A stretch of 32,428 nucleotides of DNA from a virus. Taxonomy: Duplodnaviria > Heunggongvirae > Uroviricota > Caudoviricetes. The notes under the pieces are model-generated. The model saw only the letters and a program-made list of their open reading frames with translations, was not told the origin of the DNA and made no database searches. Below, one piece after another: positions 9,751 through 21,048 of this stretch. The stretch spans positions 1 through 32,428 of the IMG/VR virus record IMGVR_UViG_2690316184_000005. One strand, written 5' to 3'. Both the position numbers and the translations under genes were made by a program. How positions within the stretch are numbered: the stretch's first letter is position 1; every line of letters begins with the position of its first letter.

Positions 9751-10451
9751 CAGTCAATCAGCCCATGTAATCTAAGTGCCGTTTCAAGCGCCAGAATACG
9801 CTGCCGCGCCTGCTGCAAACCTGTAGCGAGAGCTGCGACTTCGGATTGTGTGTACGTAGTGCCGACAGTGTATGACTGGTTAGCGTTGAATGAGCCAAGA
9901 AGTGGTGTGCCTGTGGCTGCAGTCCATCCGGTCTGCCTTGCTCCAACGACCTGAATTCCATCAACTGAATATGATGTTTTTACATCCAGCGGTGACGCAA
10001 GAGACTGCGATTCGGTTACGGTTTTCGATACGTAATCACTCTTAATGTCAGATACATCGCTTTCTACGCCATCCAGTCTTTGGTCAACAGTGACCAGATG
10101 CGCCTGAATATCGATAACCTCATCCAGCAAGTAATCAACATCGCTACGCAGTACGACTATCTTCCCTTCGACGGTTGTTAACCTGACCTCAAGGAGATTT
10201 ATCGCTTTTGTGTTTGCGGTGATTCTTGCGTCGTGATCTGCCAGTTCGACGTCCTGCTCATCGTTCCTGACTTGTGCGTCATAAGCGCCCTGTCCGGCCT
10301 CGTTGGCCTTGTTAGCCACGTTGCCAACATCAGTACCCTGTGCGATAACGTACAGCAGATATGACTGCGAGAAGATATTGCGTGGAAGGATTGATGTATC
10401 GAGCCGCGTCGCCTGAACAATAACAGGTGTATTGAGATTCGAATCAGCCAT
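9750..10451 (-). CDS. Tail needle protein (P22 gp26-like trimeric coiled-coil fibre)
   Basis: '[43 protein letters not shown]...[24 protein letters not shown]' matches recalled gp26 N-terminus; 233 aa. Confidence 0.85.
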   Translation of the reverse strand: MADSNLNTPVIVQATRLDTSILPRNIFSQSYLLYVIAQGTDVGNVANKANEAGQGAYDAQVRNDEQDVELADHDARITANTKAINLLEVRLTTVEGKIVVLRSDVDYLLDEVIDIQAHLVTVDQRLDGVESDVSDIKSDYVSKTVTESQSLASPLDVKTSYSVDGIQVVGARQTGWTAATGTPLLGSFNANQSYTVGTTYTQSEVAALATGLQQARQRILALETALRLHGLID

Positions 10452-11869
10452 TACTCAATCCTTATCTGGCAGCCAGACAGAGTGACAGGTGACTTCGTGA
10501 TAACACGCAATTTGAAGCCGACATTTTTCCTGATGCGCCCAACTCGCTTCCACAAAACGCGTTTGTCGTAAACGAACGGTTCATTCTGCTCAATCATCTG
10601 CTCACGCCCGTAATTGATGCCGTCAGTGGTTGCAGAGAGAAAAAGGCGGTCGGCGTACTGCGCAACGCCAGTTGACGATTCAACCTCAAGGTCGAACACT
10701 CTGGCGTTATCCGCTTTGAAGAGTGGAGTAAACAGCAGGTGTTCCTGTTGCTTGTCGTACTGGCTGCTGATGTCGAATTGCAATTTCCCGATCACCGATT
10801 CCAGCTTATCGCCGCACGTTATCTGATTGCCTTCGTAAATGAAGTCGATAGCGCGGTACACATCGTCATACAGGCCTGTTTTCAGCACACACCATTGCGG
10901 ACCATTGGCGCTTGAAGATGCGTCGTACACGAGAACATGGCGTGGAAGGTGGATAATCAGCAACTCATGAGCATCAAATCTCAGAGACTCCATCACGCCA
11001 TCAGCCAGTTCATCAGCAGTGTAGGAGCGGAGTATTTTCTCAATGCTCGAGCTGGCGATTGGTGACACCTGACCGGAGCCGATGATGTATACAGACGGCG
11101 CACCTGTTGCCGGATTGCTGATGAACGCATAGGAATCAGCAAACGGCGTTTTACAGTAGGTTCCTGCAATACCTTTCTGCACCATCAGCGATGGCTGTGC
11201 AACATACAAAGCGGCACCAACGGTGGTTGCGCCAGTAAGGGAGAAATATTCAATAGTCGATGAACCAAAGCAGACGATGAAGTCTCGCCATGTGCCGATG
11301 CCGATGATGCCGTCAGGCTGCGATTCTGCGCGATATTGTGCGCTGTATCGGTCAGGATGTGATTCGTCTTCAAGGTCAGTGATAAACCATGAATCAGTGC
11401 CGTCTTTTGACCACGCATAACGCCCACGTAAGCGCGTAATGTCGCGTACTGAGCCTAACTCATACTGCGTGAATCCGCTGTCTGTAGGCCAGTTTGAGAC
11501 GGTTTTAACCGTGCCATCATAGCGATACTCGACCAGTTGACCATTAACGCCTACCGCCTGTGATGTCCGACCATGCGCCATTGATACGCGACCACTTCCG
11601 GCAACATCACCGACTTCACTTTCGCCTTTGTACAGCTTGCCACCACACACGCGATAAACAGCATTCTGCGCCATGTTGTACTCGACGCCACGCGATACGC
11701 CGTTCACATCAGAACGTTTGGCAATGCCCGGGAATGAGCGAAGATATCCGCTGCTGTTAAGGATTTCTTTGGGTGTAGCCAACATATTCACTGGCAGATA
11801 GTCGATATAGTCGGCGTTTCGAAAGTCTTTGCCGACACCTTTCATAAGCGGAAGTTGCTGAATCGGCAT
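10451..11869 (-). CDS. Tail hub / tail accessory protein (P22 gp10-like)
   Basis: 472 aa, same size as P22 gp10; synteny between gp4 and gp26. Confidence 0.8.
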   Translation of the reverse strand: MPIQQLPLMKGVGKDFRNADYIDYLPVNMLATPKEILNSSGYLRSFPGIAKRSDVNGVSRGVEYNMAQNAVYRVCGGKLYKGESEVGDVAGSGRVSMAHGRTSQAVGVNGQLVEYRYDGTVKTVSNWPTDSGFTQYELGSVRDITRLRGRYAWSKDGTDSWFITDLEDESHPDRYSAQYRAESQPDGIIGIGTWRDFIVCFGSSTIEYFSLTGATTVGAALYVAQPSLMVQKGIAGTYCKTPFADSYAFISNPATGAPSVYIIGSGQVSPIASSSIEKILRSYTADELADGVMESLRFDAHELLIIHLPRHVLVYDASSSANGPQWCVLKTGLYDDVYRAIDFIYEGNQITCGDKLESVIGKLQFDISSQYDKQQEHLLFTPLFKADNARVFDLEVESSTGVAQYADRLFLSATTDGINYGREQMIEQNEPFVYDKRVLWKRVGRIRKNVGFKLRVITKSPVTLSGCQIRIE

Positions 11870-12370
11870 TTATTCGCTCCCGTTATCGCAAGGTTCCTTC
11901 CGGTGGAAGTAATTCCAACCGTTCCACTTCGCCAACTGGTTACCGCTACCAACAGGCATACGGTTTGGATAACCGGACTTACATTTAGCGGCTTTTGCCC
12001 TATCCATTGCAGACAGTTTGACGAGTCGCTCTTTACCGTATCTGGCAGTGGTTATAAGTTTTGCAGACGCTTCCAGCGCATAATCTGGAGCAATGCGGCA
12101 GGCAAGGTTGAAAATGACGGCATTGATAGCGTTATTTGATAAACCGTGCTCATCGCCCGGATCCGGAGCGACATCTGCATCAGCAAAAATGTAGCCAACG
12201 TTGATACCAGGTGACACATCACCGCCAAGCCATTCAGCCATCATCATTTCAAGGTCGTTGACGCCGTCTTCCATAGACTGCGGTTCGACATCGGTTAACG
12301 TGGCATTTGATGCAACACCGAGCTTACGTAATGCCGCAAGGACTAAATCACCCTTCGTTGTCAGGTTCAT
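11870..12370 (-). CDS. Portal-binding tail adaptor protein (P22 gp4-like)
   Basis: '[43 protein letters not shown]...[15 protein letters not shown]...[11 protein letters not shown]' matches recalled gp4; start taken at ATG 12370 ([10 protein letters not shown]) rather than track start 12442. Confidence 0.8.
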   Translation of the reverse strand: MNLTTKGDLVLAALRKLGVASNATLTDVEPQSMEDGVNDLEMMMAEWLGGDVSPGINVGYIFADADVAPDPGDEHGLSNNAINAVIFNLACRIAPDYALEASAKLITTARYGKERLVKLSAMDRAKAAKCKSGYPNRMPVGSGNQLAKWNGWNYFHRKEPCDNGSE

Positions 12371-12947
12371 CTGCTGCCGCCTTAGGTTTTCGACTAGGCT
12401 TTTTACGCTGTTTTTCTTCTGGCTCTGGCTCTGGCTCTGCAATAGCCGGACGCAAACTCAGGAGTCGTCTAAGAACATCATTTGCTTCATGACCATCCCA
12501 CTCTTTCCCGAACTCAAGCTCAGTACCTTCAGGAAGGAACTCGATTTCTTCAACAGGTAGGTGATAAGTGATTTCGCCTTCTGGAGTGGTGATACCAGCA
12601 ATGATCCAGCCATCCCACTCTTCACCGTCACTGTGTTTGCGAGACCACCACGAAAGCTCAGCGTAAGCATGCATCAGCGATGAGAAGAGGCGCACTCGGT
12701 GAGCGTAAAGCTCGTTAAAAGTGTGATAACCGTCGGACACTTCGCCCATATCAACTGGGGAAGTTTCACCTCCGCCAACACTCCCAATTTGATCACCAAC
12801 AAGAGGATCATCAGGAACATCGTCAGGGTGCTTATACCAGCCATTTGCTAAGTGCACAGCTACATCATCAGGATCAACGGTTTTCGTTTTCAGCTTGCGT
12901 CCCCATATTTTGGTATCTCCGCCAGCCTGAAAAATCATTACGCTCAT
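12348..12947 (-). CDS. Hypothetical protein inserted between coat and gp4 genes; acidic, with C-terminal EPEPEPEE + Lys-rich tail
   Basis: 199-aa ORF starting ATG 12947 with GGAG RBS ('GGAGATACCAATG'); codon-sized 44-nt gap after coat stop; overlaps gp4 start by 23 nt; no homolog I can recall in the P22 core set. Confidence 0.5.
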   Translation of the reverse strand: MSVMIFQAGGDTKIWGRKLKTKTVDPDDVAVHLANGWYKHPDDVPDDPLVGDQIGSVGGGETSPVDMGEVSDGYHTFNELYAHRVRLFSSLMHAYAELSWWSRKHSDGEEWDGWIIAGITTPEGEITYHLPVEEIEFLPEGTELEFGKEWDGHEANDVLRRLLSLRPAIAEPEPEPEEKQRKKPSRKPKAAADEPDNEG

Positions 12948-12990
12948 TGGTATCTCCAATAGAAAAGGGAGCCGAAGCTCCCTCTGGTTA

Positions 12991-14286
12991 TCACGCGGTC
13001 TGGTTAGGCAGACCAACACCAATTGCCTCTGGTCGTACAGCACATGCTGAATACCACACAGCAATACGGCACTTACCAGACAGAGTGTTGATATCGCCCT
13101 GCGTTGCGAAGATGCCGTTAACACCAATACCAGGAATGCTGAAGGAAGACGTTTTCATACCAGCAAACAGTTCATGGGTTACCGGGATCGGCTGAGACAG
13201 CAGACGGATTGAGTCATCAGCCCAAAACACGTTAGCGGTGGTTGTTGCCACGTTAAGAACGTTTACCGGAGTGGTATCAGCAAGAGATGTGTTTACGTTA
13301 GCGTAAGCCTTCTCTTCTTTTGTCAGTGACGCGTCATCCAGCGCAATAGGCTTCGGCGTGATTTCGATGTGAGTACCATCGATCACACGGGTGATTGAGA
13401 AAGTCGCGTCATCAGTCAGCACGTTCTTCGCCATCTGAGACAGGAATTTCACACCAGTGAAACTGATTTTGTCTCCGCGCTTAAACCCGGTGGTGGAGGA
13501 TACGGTCACCGTTGCAACACGGTTGTCGACGTTCTCCTTGTTACCATCGGTATCAAGGGTGTATGCCTGCGGCTTAAACTTCTGCGCTCCAGTCACAGTT
13601 ACACCAGTAGCGGTTGACTTGGTAACTGCCGGAAGTTTCGGTGAGCGAAGAATTTCATCAAAGCCAGCAATCTGACGCTGAATAGTACCGTTGCGATACG
13701 CTTCTTCAGGAACGCGCCCAAAGATGTCACCATCTACCAGGTTGCGGCCTGCTTTGCGGTAATCGTCAGGGTTCAGGAAGTAACTGATGCCCATATCGCG
13801 ATTTAGCTCACGGGAGAACATCAGGCGCTCTGCATCAGACACAAAATCCCAGCCAGACAGGCCAGTAGATGGACCAATTGCGCGGGTATCGTGAACAACA
13901 AGCGAGCCCATTTCAGTTGCCTGTTTGGCAATCGCTGACTCAATGTTATTCGCCAGTTTTTTGGCGGATGCCTGGATGCGGCGACGGTAAGAACGCTCAT
14001 CACGCAAGTCATCTGCACGAAGCTCGAAGAAATCGTTATCCGGATCTCCCATGTTGCATTTCACGGAGAGTTCCAGAATCCCGGTTGCGTTGCCAGTTAA
14101 ATCCCAGCCAGTCTGTGTTGGCGCTTCCTGCTCAACAGGCATCCACACGGTGTTGCTTGAACGCTGCATGGATTCTGCCGGAGGGGTGTATTTTGTCACT
14201 TTGGACGCCATTGGCGTCAGGTTCTGGACGGTTTCGATGATTTCATCCAGAGCATACGTGACCAGTTGACCTTCATTTAATGCCAT
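12991..14286 (-). CDS. Major capsid (coat) protein, P22 gp5-like
   Basis: '[27 protein letters not shown]...[15 protein letters not shown]...[13 protein letters not shown]...[13 protein letters not shown]' near-collinear with recalled P22 coat; 431 aa. Confidence 0.95.
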   Translation of the reverse strand: MALNEGQLVTYALDEIIETVQNLTPMASKVTKYTPPAESMQRSSNTVWMPVEQEAPTQTGWDLTGNATGILELSVKCNMGDPDNDFFELRADDLRDERSYRRRIQASAKKLANNIESAIAKQATEMGSLVVHDTRAIGPSTGLSGWDFVSDAERLMFSRELNRDMGISYFLNPDDYRKAGRNLVDGDIFGRVPEEAYRNGTIQRQIAGFDEILRSPKLPAVTKSTATGVTVTGAQKFKPQAYTLDTDGNKENVDNRVATVTVSSTTGFKRGDKISFTGVKFLSQMAKNVLTDDATFSITRVIDGTHIEITPKPIALDDASLTKEEKAYANVNTSLADTTPVNVLNVATTTANVFWADDSIRLLSQPIPVTHELFAGMKTSSFSIPGIGVNGIFATQGDINTLSGKCRIAVWYSACAVRPEAIGVGLPNQTA

Positions 14287-15197
14287 TATCGAATTCCTTT
14301 ATTCAGTTGCGCCTTGAGCTTGCGGTATGTCTCTACATCCCCTTTGTTTGCTGCCGCTTCCATCTGCTTTTCAATCGCAGAGATATTTGCAGCAACAGCG
14401 TGTCCCTGAATGGGTTCATCAGGTAACGGGGCTTCTGAAACAGGCTTGGCTCGAGGCTTGAGAGTTAAACGTTCTGACAGTCGAGTGAGTTCAATCAGCG
14501 CGGATTGCCCGTCCATCGCCAGCAACTGGCGTGTTTTCTCAGGATTAGCACCAAGGTGATACATGAGAGCAGCGGATTTCTCCGGGAAGAGGCGCATGAT
14601 GTCGGCACCGACTGCTGGCGGCACCAGTTGCATGAATGCATCCTCTTTCTCCTGATAGTCAGGGATATTGAGCTTTTCCGCTGCGTCGTAGTGCTTACGG
14701 GCTGCCTCGACGTATTGCGCTGATTGCTGGGTGAACTCCTGAGTTTTGCGACCCTGCTCGGCGACAGCCTGGCTTCGTGCGTCCATAGCCTTGATCTGCC
14801 ATTCACTGTTTGCCTGCTGGAAGGCCGCCAGTGCGCGGCTCTGGTCATAGTCGTACTTAGCCAGTGCGTCTTCGGAAAGATAATCGTTAGGGTCTGGTTG
14901 TTTTGGTAACTCAGGGTTCACCCGCAGGTGCTCCGGCAACTCTCCACGCTTAACCGCTTCCATCTGCTGCTCAAGCTCACGCTGGCGTTTGCGTTCGATG
15001 CGGCGACGAGCAAATTCAGCATTAGTTGCCGGGTCTTGTTTTGGTTTCTCATCGTCTTTCAGGACAATCTCGAAGCCTTCTTCCTGACCTGCGTTGTCGT
15101 TGGCATTATCGACAACTAAGCCATCAGCAGATGCCGCTGCATGATTGCCGGGCAGGGTTAATTCTTCAGAAGCCTGAATGTCGGTGGTTTGGTCCAT
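14286..15197 (-). CDS. Scaffolding protein, P22 gp8-like
   Basis: 303 aa; '[65 protein letters not shown]' matches recalled gp8. Confidence 0.9.
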   Translation of the reverse strand: MDQTTDIQASEELTLPGNHAAASADGLVVDNANDNAGQEEGFEIVLKDDEKPKQDPATNAEFARRRIERKRQRELEQQMEAVKRGELPEHLRVNPELPKQPDPNDYLSEDALAKYDYDQSRALAAFQQANSEWQIKAMDARSQAVAEQGRKTQEFTQQSAQYVEAARKHYDAAEKLNIPDYQEKEDAFMQLVPPAVGADIMRLFPEKSAALMYHLGANPEKTRQLLAMDGQSALIELTRLSERLTLKPRAKPVSEAPLPDEPIQGHAVAANISAIEKQMEAAANKGDVETYRKLKAQLNKGIR

Positions 15198-15210
15198 GAT
15201 TAACTCTCTC

Positions 15211-17376
15211 TTATTGAGGTGTCTCGGCTACTCCGCCGGAGGGGACTTGAACTTGACGCATAAGATTCGCGAAATCCATGCGTTGTGAATGAGTCTGGTC
15301 TGCATCTTTAAGAAGCAGCTCAGCGTTAGCGCGAGCGTCTTTGCTGCGCTGTTGCTGGAATTGACCTACGAGCTTGAGGTACTCACGCAGTTCTGCCTGC
15401 TTGTCGAGGTCCATATTGTTGAAGATTTCTGCAATCTTCGCGGCGTTGAGTTGGTTTTGGGCTTCAACCTTGGCAGCTTCAACCTGAATCTGCGCCTGTT
15501 GGTTCTCTGCCTTGAGCAATTCAGCCTGACCTTGCAGAAGGATGCCCTGCGCCTGAATTTGCTCTGCTGATGGCTGCTGCGGCTGTTGTTGTGTCTGCTG
15601 CACCATCTCCATCTCTTCAGGTGTTTCTGGTTTCTTCAGCCCCATCATCACCAGTTGCTTGTTCGCGTACTCTCGCATCATCTCGACGCCTTTACCGTCA
15701 AGCAGCGTGAAGTATTGCAGCATCAGCATCTGGAACTCTGGAGTACCTTGCGGAACCTTGGTGAGTAACTCCTGAATCTCTGCGCGGTTCTGTTCCTTCA
15801 TGCTCTGGAAGGATGGTCCAACTCCTATATAGCACTCGTAGCGACCGCGAATGTCGTTGAGTGTGACCACATTACCGGACTGGTAATCGACAACTTGCGC
15901 GTAGAGTTGAACGTCTTTCTCGCTTCCATCTTCAAGTGTCAGCGTTACATGACGAGGGATGTCATAAATATCATTGACCATTGAGGCATAAATCTCGCCA
16001 TCACGCCGCATTGCGGTAGCCAGGTTATCCTGAAACACGTATGTCTCAAGGTCTGACCGCATGTTCAGTTGATTGACGGTATCGAAAGAGACCTGAGAGT
16101 TTGCTGCCTGTGCATCCACGCCAAGACTAGCCACCTCTTTCACTGCGTTGGTGGCAGCCTCAAGCATGTAAGCGTTGGCTTGCGGCACTTCAGGGTTTTC
16201 CATGTAGGAGATTGGACCAATCGGCAGGTCGTTACCGTTTTCATCAGTCCTGTTCTGGAGATAGTACGGATAGTCATCATTTCCACCGTACATGTATTCG
16301 TAGCCTTCGATTTGCTCAGGGAAGAAGGTCGGTTTCTTCTTCGGTGAACGACCAACAATATCGGCGTTGAATGACATGATCATGTTACGAAGGCGTTGAC
16401 CGTCTTTCGTCAGCCTTACCACTCCTTCGTAGCACTCCTTGTCACCAGCGAATGACCATTCGCCATACACTGGAACGATTGGAATATGCTCTCCTGCTAT
16501 CTTCTCGCGGTCTTTCAGTATCTGCGTGCAGGTGATGATCGACTTATACACACGCCGACGCTTCACCTTGCGCTCTGCTACCTTAATGAATCCACGATTA
16601 GCCAGGTCGTCGATGACGTCTTTAATATCCTGCTGGTAATAGCTGACCGGCTCACCTGTCAGCGGGTCGCGGTAGATGAAGACCTTCTCTTTCTTCTCTT
16701 CTATCTCGTAATACTCAGCGACGTAGACGACATCATTCGATACCCACGGAAACAGCCATGTGTCGTTCGGATTCTGGAAAGATGGCAAGGTGTCCGGATC
16801 AATACCGTAATCCTCTGCGAACTCTTTCCAGCCATTGCGTGACAAGGCGTTAATCACCGTGCAGTGCTTGGCGTCGCTCTTATCCATCTGCTTGCTGTTG
16901 GCGTCCCATATGACGTGTGAGCAGGCTTCATGGATTGGAAGGCGTCGGATTACCTGATTGTTGCTTGTTGGATCGTTGTCTTCGTACTGCGTGACCAGAC
17001 GCCATGCACCAACGCCGGACTCTATCTGCTCACGAACGCCAACGTTAACGGCAATTTTTGCCGTGTTATGGCGCATATCAGTACGATACATCCCCATCAA
17101 CACATCGGCTGCATCAGGATTAGCACCGTCTTTTGGTCGGAAGAGAACGTCGATAGGGTTCCGGCGCATCTCTGCGACCAGCTTCCTGACCACCGGGCGG
17201 ACAACATCGAATTGTCCGCGATATTGCAGGGTGGTGTAGTTTGATAGCCAGTCATCCCATTGCGACACTCGGCTAAAATACAGGTCATTTGTCGCCTCGG
17301 TTCTGGCTTCATCGCTCGCCATCCAGTCTGCGTCAAACTTACACAGAATGGAATTGAGTCTGTTTTCGTCGGCCAT
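15211..17376 (-). CDS. Portal protein, P22 gp1-like
   Basis: 721 aa; '[66 protein letters not shown]' matches recalled P22 portal. Confidence 0.95.
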   Translation of the reverse strand: MADENRLNSILCKFDADWMASDEARTEATNDLYFSRVSQWDDWLSNYTTLQYRGQFDVVRPVVRKLVAEMRRNPIDVLFRPKDGANPDAADVLMGMYRTDMRHNTAKIAVNVGVREQIESGVGAWRLVTQYEDNDPTSNNQVIRRLPIHEACSHVIWDANSKQMDKSDAKHCTVINALSRNGWKEFAEDYGIDPDTLPSFQNPNDTWLFPWVSNDVVYVAEYYEIEEKKEKVFIYRDPLTGEPVSYYQQDIKDVIDDLANRGFIKVAERKVKRRRVYKSIITCTQILKDREKIAGEHIPIVPVYGEWSFAGDKECYEGVVRLTKDGQRLRNMIMSFNADIVGRSPKKKPTFFPEQIEGYEYMYGGNDDYPYYLQNRTDENGNDLPIGPISYMENPEVPQANAYMLEAATNAVKEVASLGVDAQAANSQVSFDTVNQLNMRSDLETYVFQDNLATAMRRDGEIYASMVNDIYDIPRHVTLTLEDGSEKDVQLYAQVVDYQSGNVVTLNDIRGRYECYIGVGPSFQSMKEQNRAEIQELLTKVPQGTPEFQMLMLQYFTLLDGKGVEMMREYANKQLVMMGLKKPETPEEMEMVQQTQQQPQQPSAEQIQAQGILLQGQAELLKAENQQAQIQVEAAKVEAQNQLNAAKIAEIFNNMDLDKQAELREYLKLVGQFQQQRSKDARANAELLLKDADQTHSQRMDFANLMRQVQVPSGGVAETPQ

Positions 17377-18876
17377 TTAAGTTCTCCGTGCGATGGGCCT
17401 GATTGGGGCTGGTATCTTTTTCTCTTTTGGTTTTTTGATGTCGCGCATCATTTTTGCGAAGCGGCGCATCATGTATGCATAGCGAACGGCGGAGAGCACG
17501 TCGTCGTTAAGCTTGACGATTTTCCCGTTTTCATCACGGTGATAGAGGCGAAACTCCTCAAAGAATGGCTCACAGGTGTTAAATACTTTGAAGCGGCCGT
17601 CGAGCATCATGTCTCGCAATTCAGTGATGCCAGGCTCAACAGCATTACCGCCATCAGGCCATGTCGCATGCTCCTGCAACATCATAAAACCAGCGTCCGC
17701 GTACTGCCCTTTAAGCTGCTCACCGCCGCCCTTCTCGTGCTGGTTTCCGTCATGAGGCCATGCTGTTGGCACTTTATGCGCCCATGATTTAACAGCTCCC
17801 CATGCCTGAACGGCTGTTTTTTCTTTCGCCTTCCACACGCGTGAAACGTAGATTGTGTCTGCGTCCTTATCCCACCAAAGCTGAACCTGCGCTTGTGGGT
17901 GATCCCATCCGAAATCCATCCCGCCAATTACGTAGAAGTGATCAGGACACTCGAACGGCTGGCACTTAATCGTCTCTTCCGGTATCTGGAAGATTCGACC
18001 GCTACCCATCGTAGGAATACCGCGAGCTCGAGCCTCTCTCTCATGCTCTGGATAGGATGCGATGATTTGCTCTTTCTGCTCGTCGGTATAGTGCTCAGCG
18101 TCATAGATGGTCATGTTGACCACTTTCTGCGACTTGCTGGGATTCTTCAGAAACTTGGTAACAACGTCAGACATCCCCATCAGCGGGGTAAACGTCAGGA
18201 TTGAGAATTGCCCGTATTTGTTGGTACGGGTAAGCCCTTCGCCATAAATGCTGTATGGTGGTTCTTCGTCAAACCACACTCCGTGGATTGTGTCACCCTG
18301 CCAGCGAGCACGACCTTGCGAGTATGGCTTGAAGTAGCAGATTGAAATGCCATCTTCAACGCCATCAGCCGTGTGATGCTTAACCAGAAGGTGATCAACA
18401 AGGTTCGGAAAGAAAGGAGACTTCTTCCAGCTAATGATGTCCTCTTTCGGTATGGAGCCGTAGCCAGGCTCATCATTCTCTTCGATACGACCGCACAGGA
18501 TGCGTTGAGTCGTTTTGGTTACAGTCTCGTTTGTCTCGCCGCCAATCCAGAAGACAACAGGCTCATAGAAACGCTTACCTTTCCACTCCCCACCATATTT
18601 ACCATCAGCCGGATAGCCTTTTGTGCCCGGATAACGCCCGGTAAGGTGAAACGCGACTTCAGCAGCACCAGTAAATGACTTACCAAGCTGGTTACCAGCC
18701 ATAAAACAGCGCTCTGGATAGTCATGCCCGGCGTCGATGAACTCACGCTGTTTGCTGTATGGCGTAAATTCATATAGCAGGTGTGTGTTCCGGTAGTTCT
18801 CTTCTTCTTCGAGTAGCTCGAGCAACTCGATTTGCTCTTCGTCGCTCAGGTTATCAAGAATCGCGTCCAGTTCCAC
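17377..18876 (-). CDS. Terminase large subunit, P22 gp2-like
   Basis: 499 aa; Walker-A-like '[10 protein letters not shown]'; matches recalled gp2 throughout. Confidence 0.95.
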   Translation of the reverse strand: MELDAILDNLSDEEQIELLELLEEEENYRNTHLLYEFTPYSKQREFIDAGHDYPERCFMAGNQLGKSFTGAAEVAFHLTGRYPGTKGYPADGKYGGEWKGKRFYEPVVFWIGGETNETVTKTTQRILCGRIEENDEPGYGSIPKEDIISWKKSPFFPNLVDHLLVKHHTADGVEDGISICYFKPYSQGRARWQGDTIHGVWFDEEPPYSIYGEGLTRTNKYGQFSILTFTPLMGMSDVVTKFLKNPSKSQKVVNMTIYDAEHYTDEQKEQIIASYPEHEREARARGIPTMGSGRIFQIPEETIKCQPFECPDHFYVIGGMDFGWDHPQAQVQLWWDKDADTIYVSRVWKAKEKTAVQAWGAVKSWAHKVPTAWPHDGNQHEKGGGEQLKGQYADAGFMMLQEHATWPDGGNAVEPGITELRDMMLDGRFKVFNTCEPFFEEFRLYHRDENGKIVKLNDDVLSAVRYAYMMRRFAKMMRDIKKPKEKKIPAPIRPIARRT

Positions 18877-19342
18877 GGTTGAATAGCTCCTTGATACGAG
18901 AGCGTCGCTTATCGCGATCTCCCTTATCAGGTGTCACGTCTTCAACTTGCGACTGCTCTTTGAGGCCCAAATCACGGGCGATGATGTTAGCGTTGAGAAG
19001 GTCAGCTGCTGCGCCAGAGAATTTCTGATCGTAGATGACCTGCTCTGCTCGCGTAACGACTTCAGATAAATCTTCTCTCAGGCGATATGTGCGCCATGTT
19101 TCAAGCGTCACATCAATGAACAGAGTGAGGCCTGTAATAGTCATCGCTCGCATCTTGGCGATAGGCTCTTGTATCACTTCACCCTGATACGAGAATGCCT
19201 TCATCTCCCATAGCGGGTTAGCTTCTACCCACTCGAAGTATTCACAACAAGCAGCCCACAGCGCCTCAGGCGATTCGAATTTAGGGTTTCGCCCATGACT
19301 ACTGCGGGCCTCCCAAAATCGGTTGCCCTTTGGTGCTGCCAT
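18854..19342 (-). CDS. Terminase small subunit, P22 gp3-like
   Basis: 162 aa '[50 protein letters not shown]'; overlaps large-subunit start. Confidence 0.9.
   Translation of the reverse strand: MAAPKGNRFWEARSSHGRNPKFESPEALWAACCEYFEWVEANPLWEMKAFSYQGEVIQEPIAKMRAMTITGLTLFIDVTLETWRTYRLREDLSEVVTRAEQVIYDQKFSGAAADLLNANIIARDLGLKEQSQVEDVTPDKGDRDKRRSRIKELFNRGTGRDS
19054..19075 (-). other. Candidate pac site (headful packaging initiation) inside the small-terminase gene
   Basis: Minus-strand sequence GAAGATTTATCTGAAGTCGTTA matches my recollection of the P22 pac site located within gene 3. Confidence 0.5.
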
Positions 19343-19421
19343 ATTGATTATTTCCCTTCTGCTTGCTTATCCCATTCATCGCGGAATTTGGATGGGTTGT
19401 CGAAACCTTGAGTTGCCATGT

Positions 19422-19664
19422 TTATGCTCCGGTAGTGAACAGGTCTAACGCTTCCTTCGATTTACGCACCGCTTCGATAGTGCGGGTCGTGATATCTGAA
19501 TTAGCGCCGCCTGACTGGAAGTGAATTTTGAATAGCTCAAGCTTCAGCTCGTCAGTGCCAATGAACTGAAATGCTTCTTCTGCGGCTGCGTTCTGGTTCA
19601 TGACCAGTTTGTAAATCTCTAACTGGAATTTCTGTTCTTCAGTCATGGGAATAATCTCTGCCAT
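19422..19664 (-). CDS. Small hypothetical protein upstream of the terminase genes (80 aa)
   Basis: ORF with GGAG RBS 8 nt upstream of ATG 19664; occupies the small-ORF position before gene 3 in P22-like genomes. Confidence 0.5.
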   Translation of the reverse strand: MAEIIPMTEEQKFQLEIYKLVMNQNAAAEEAFQFIGTDELKLELFKIHFQSGGANSDITTRTIEAVRKSKEALDLFTTGA

Positions 19665-19810
19665 TGTTGGCTCCGTTTATCCGTTAAAAGGGATATCAGT
19701 TAAGTTATCCCGTGTAGGGTATAAGCCATTATCAAAGCCACTCTGTAGGGAATGGCTTTTGTGATGGCAATAAAAAAGGCCTACTTAGCGACCAATTTAA
19801 TAATTAATTA

Positions 19811-20053
19811 TCAATAATGTGGGAATTGACTACTATTTTGCAAGATAACCCAAGATGGGCGAAACAAGTCAAAAACATTGATGCTTAACAGGGCTTCATT
19901 TATTGATTTTTTTTCATCCATAGAAACTCCGCGTCCTGCTTTTGACATTACAAGCTGACCATTAACTATTTCACTACATTGTTTTACATAACTACCTTGC
20001 GGTATTGATTGAAAGTTACATGTACCATTTATTATTTTATCAATTTCACTCAT
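19811..20053 (-). CDS. Small hypothetical protein in an AT-rich islet (80 aa)
   Basis: ATG 20053 preceded by GAGGT RBS (5 nt spacing); surrounding sequence visibly AT-rich compared with flanks. Confidence 0.4.
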   Translation of the reverse strand: MSEIDKIINGTCNFQSIPQGSYVKQCSEIVNGQLVMSKAGRGVSMDEKKSINEALLSINVFDLFRPSWVILQNSSQFPHY

Positions 20054-20347
20054 ATCAACCTCGTCTAGTTGTTCGTCATAGATTCAGTGGCTGGCGGTGA
20101 CGATTCCGCTTTTCGGGAGCTACCCTAGCCACTGTTTTATTCTATCCGATGTCTTTCCATCAGTCCGCCACCACAAAGAATCTTTTTTGCCATAAGGCAG
20201 GAGGTTCATCTTTCAGTGGCTGCCAGTGTTATTTCCCCACTTACTGGCTTGGGTTGTTTCGCGGTACTGCCGTAACTGGTTGCCCAGAATAAATTCCGGT
20301 TTCATTATCAAGCCCACCCGTAGATAGGCTTTGTAATGACTACATGG

Positions 20348-20827
20348 TTAAATGATTTGCCAGTCTTCAGCCATCAGGTCGCCAATGGATGGAACCCATG
20401 TAGCAAGGCGGTTCTGTGAGTTTTTCAATACAAGCGTGTCATTGAAAGTTGGCTCGCCAACATATTCGCCAAAGCCATAACCCAACGCAGACGCTAATTT
20501 TTCCCCTTTCATGAGATAAACAAACTGGTCTTTCCCATTCCATCCTGCCCGCTGCAAACTTTTGCCCTGTTTTAACGCTTCCATGGCAAGGCCGAAACTT
20601 AGTCCTGATACCGGACGATAAGCCCTTTCGAATACTTCTTTTGGACTCCAGCTAACGTAGCCATCAAAGCGATCGGTGTTAGGTTTTCCGCCATCCAGAT
20701 ATTCAACCAGATAGCCTTCGTCCTCGCCGTTTTCTCCGGCAGGAAGCTGCCAGCCACGAAAATCGTTATATGCCTGTCTCGTCATCGGAAAGGCGTTAAT
20801 CAGTTTTACGCCAATATGCTGGGTCAT
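20348..20827 (-). CDS. Hypothetical protein, possibly DUF2829-like (candidate Thoeris anti-defence Tad2-type sponge); unverified
   Basis: 159-aa ORF with AGGTGA RBS; C-terminal 'AMEALKQGKSLQRAGWNGKDQFVYLM...TWVPSIGDLMAEDWQII' resembles motifs I associate with DUF2829 phage proteins. Confidence 0.55.
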   Translation of the reverse strand: MTQHIGVKLINAFPMTRQAYNDFRGWQLPAGENGEDEGYLVEYLDGGKPNTDRFDGYVSWSPKEVFERAYRPVSGLSFGLAMEALKQGKSLQRAGWNGKDQFVYLMKGEKLASALGYGFGEYVGEPTFNDTLVLKNSQNRLATWVPSIGDLMAEDWQII

Positions 20828-21048
20828 AAAATCACCTATGGAGTTGGGAATAAAAAACCCCGCGAATGCGAGGCTAAATCCTGGTATTTGTAATGACTGG
20901 CTCTTATCTCAACGCAGCCCCTTACCGCGCGCCAGATGCTCAATATCAAGCATCAACAATGAGATATTTAATCTGGATTCACTCCAGAAGTGATCACCAC
21001 CCTGTCTACAGAGCCAGATGTGAAGGATGATGAGTAAAATTATCGCTA

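Noticed and set aside
9430-9954. 174-aa plus-strand ORF across the gp14/gp26 region
   Set aside because: Antisense to tightly coupled structural genes with strong homology support; similar antisense ORFs in the structural and replication genes (e.g. 17260..17787, 27672..28406, 13869..14240) rejected for the same reason.
12371-12442. Longer gp4 start ([10 protein letters not shown]...) from the ORF track
   Set aside because: Alignment with recalled P22 gp4 begins at [10 protein letters not shown] (ATG 12370); the longer form would overlap the upstream gene by 95 nt.
12400-12460. Tandem hexamer repeat (GGCTCT)n
   Set aside because: Lies within coding sequence and simply encodes the EPEPEP low-complexity stretch of the 12348..12947 protein; not a CRISPR or regulatory repeat.
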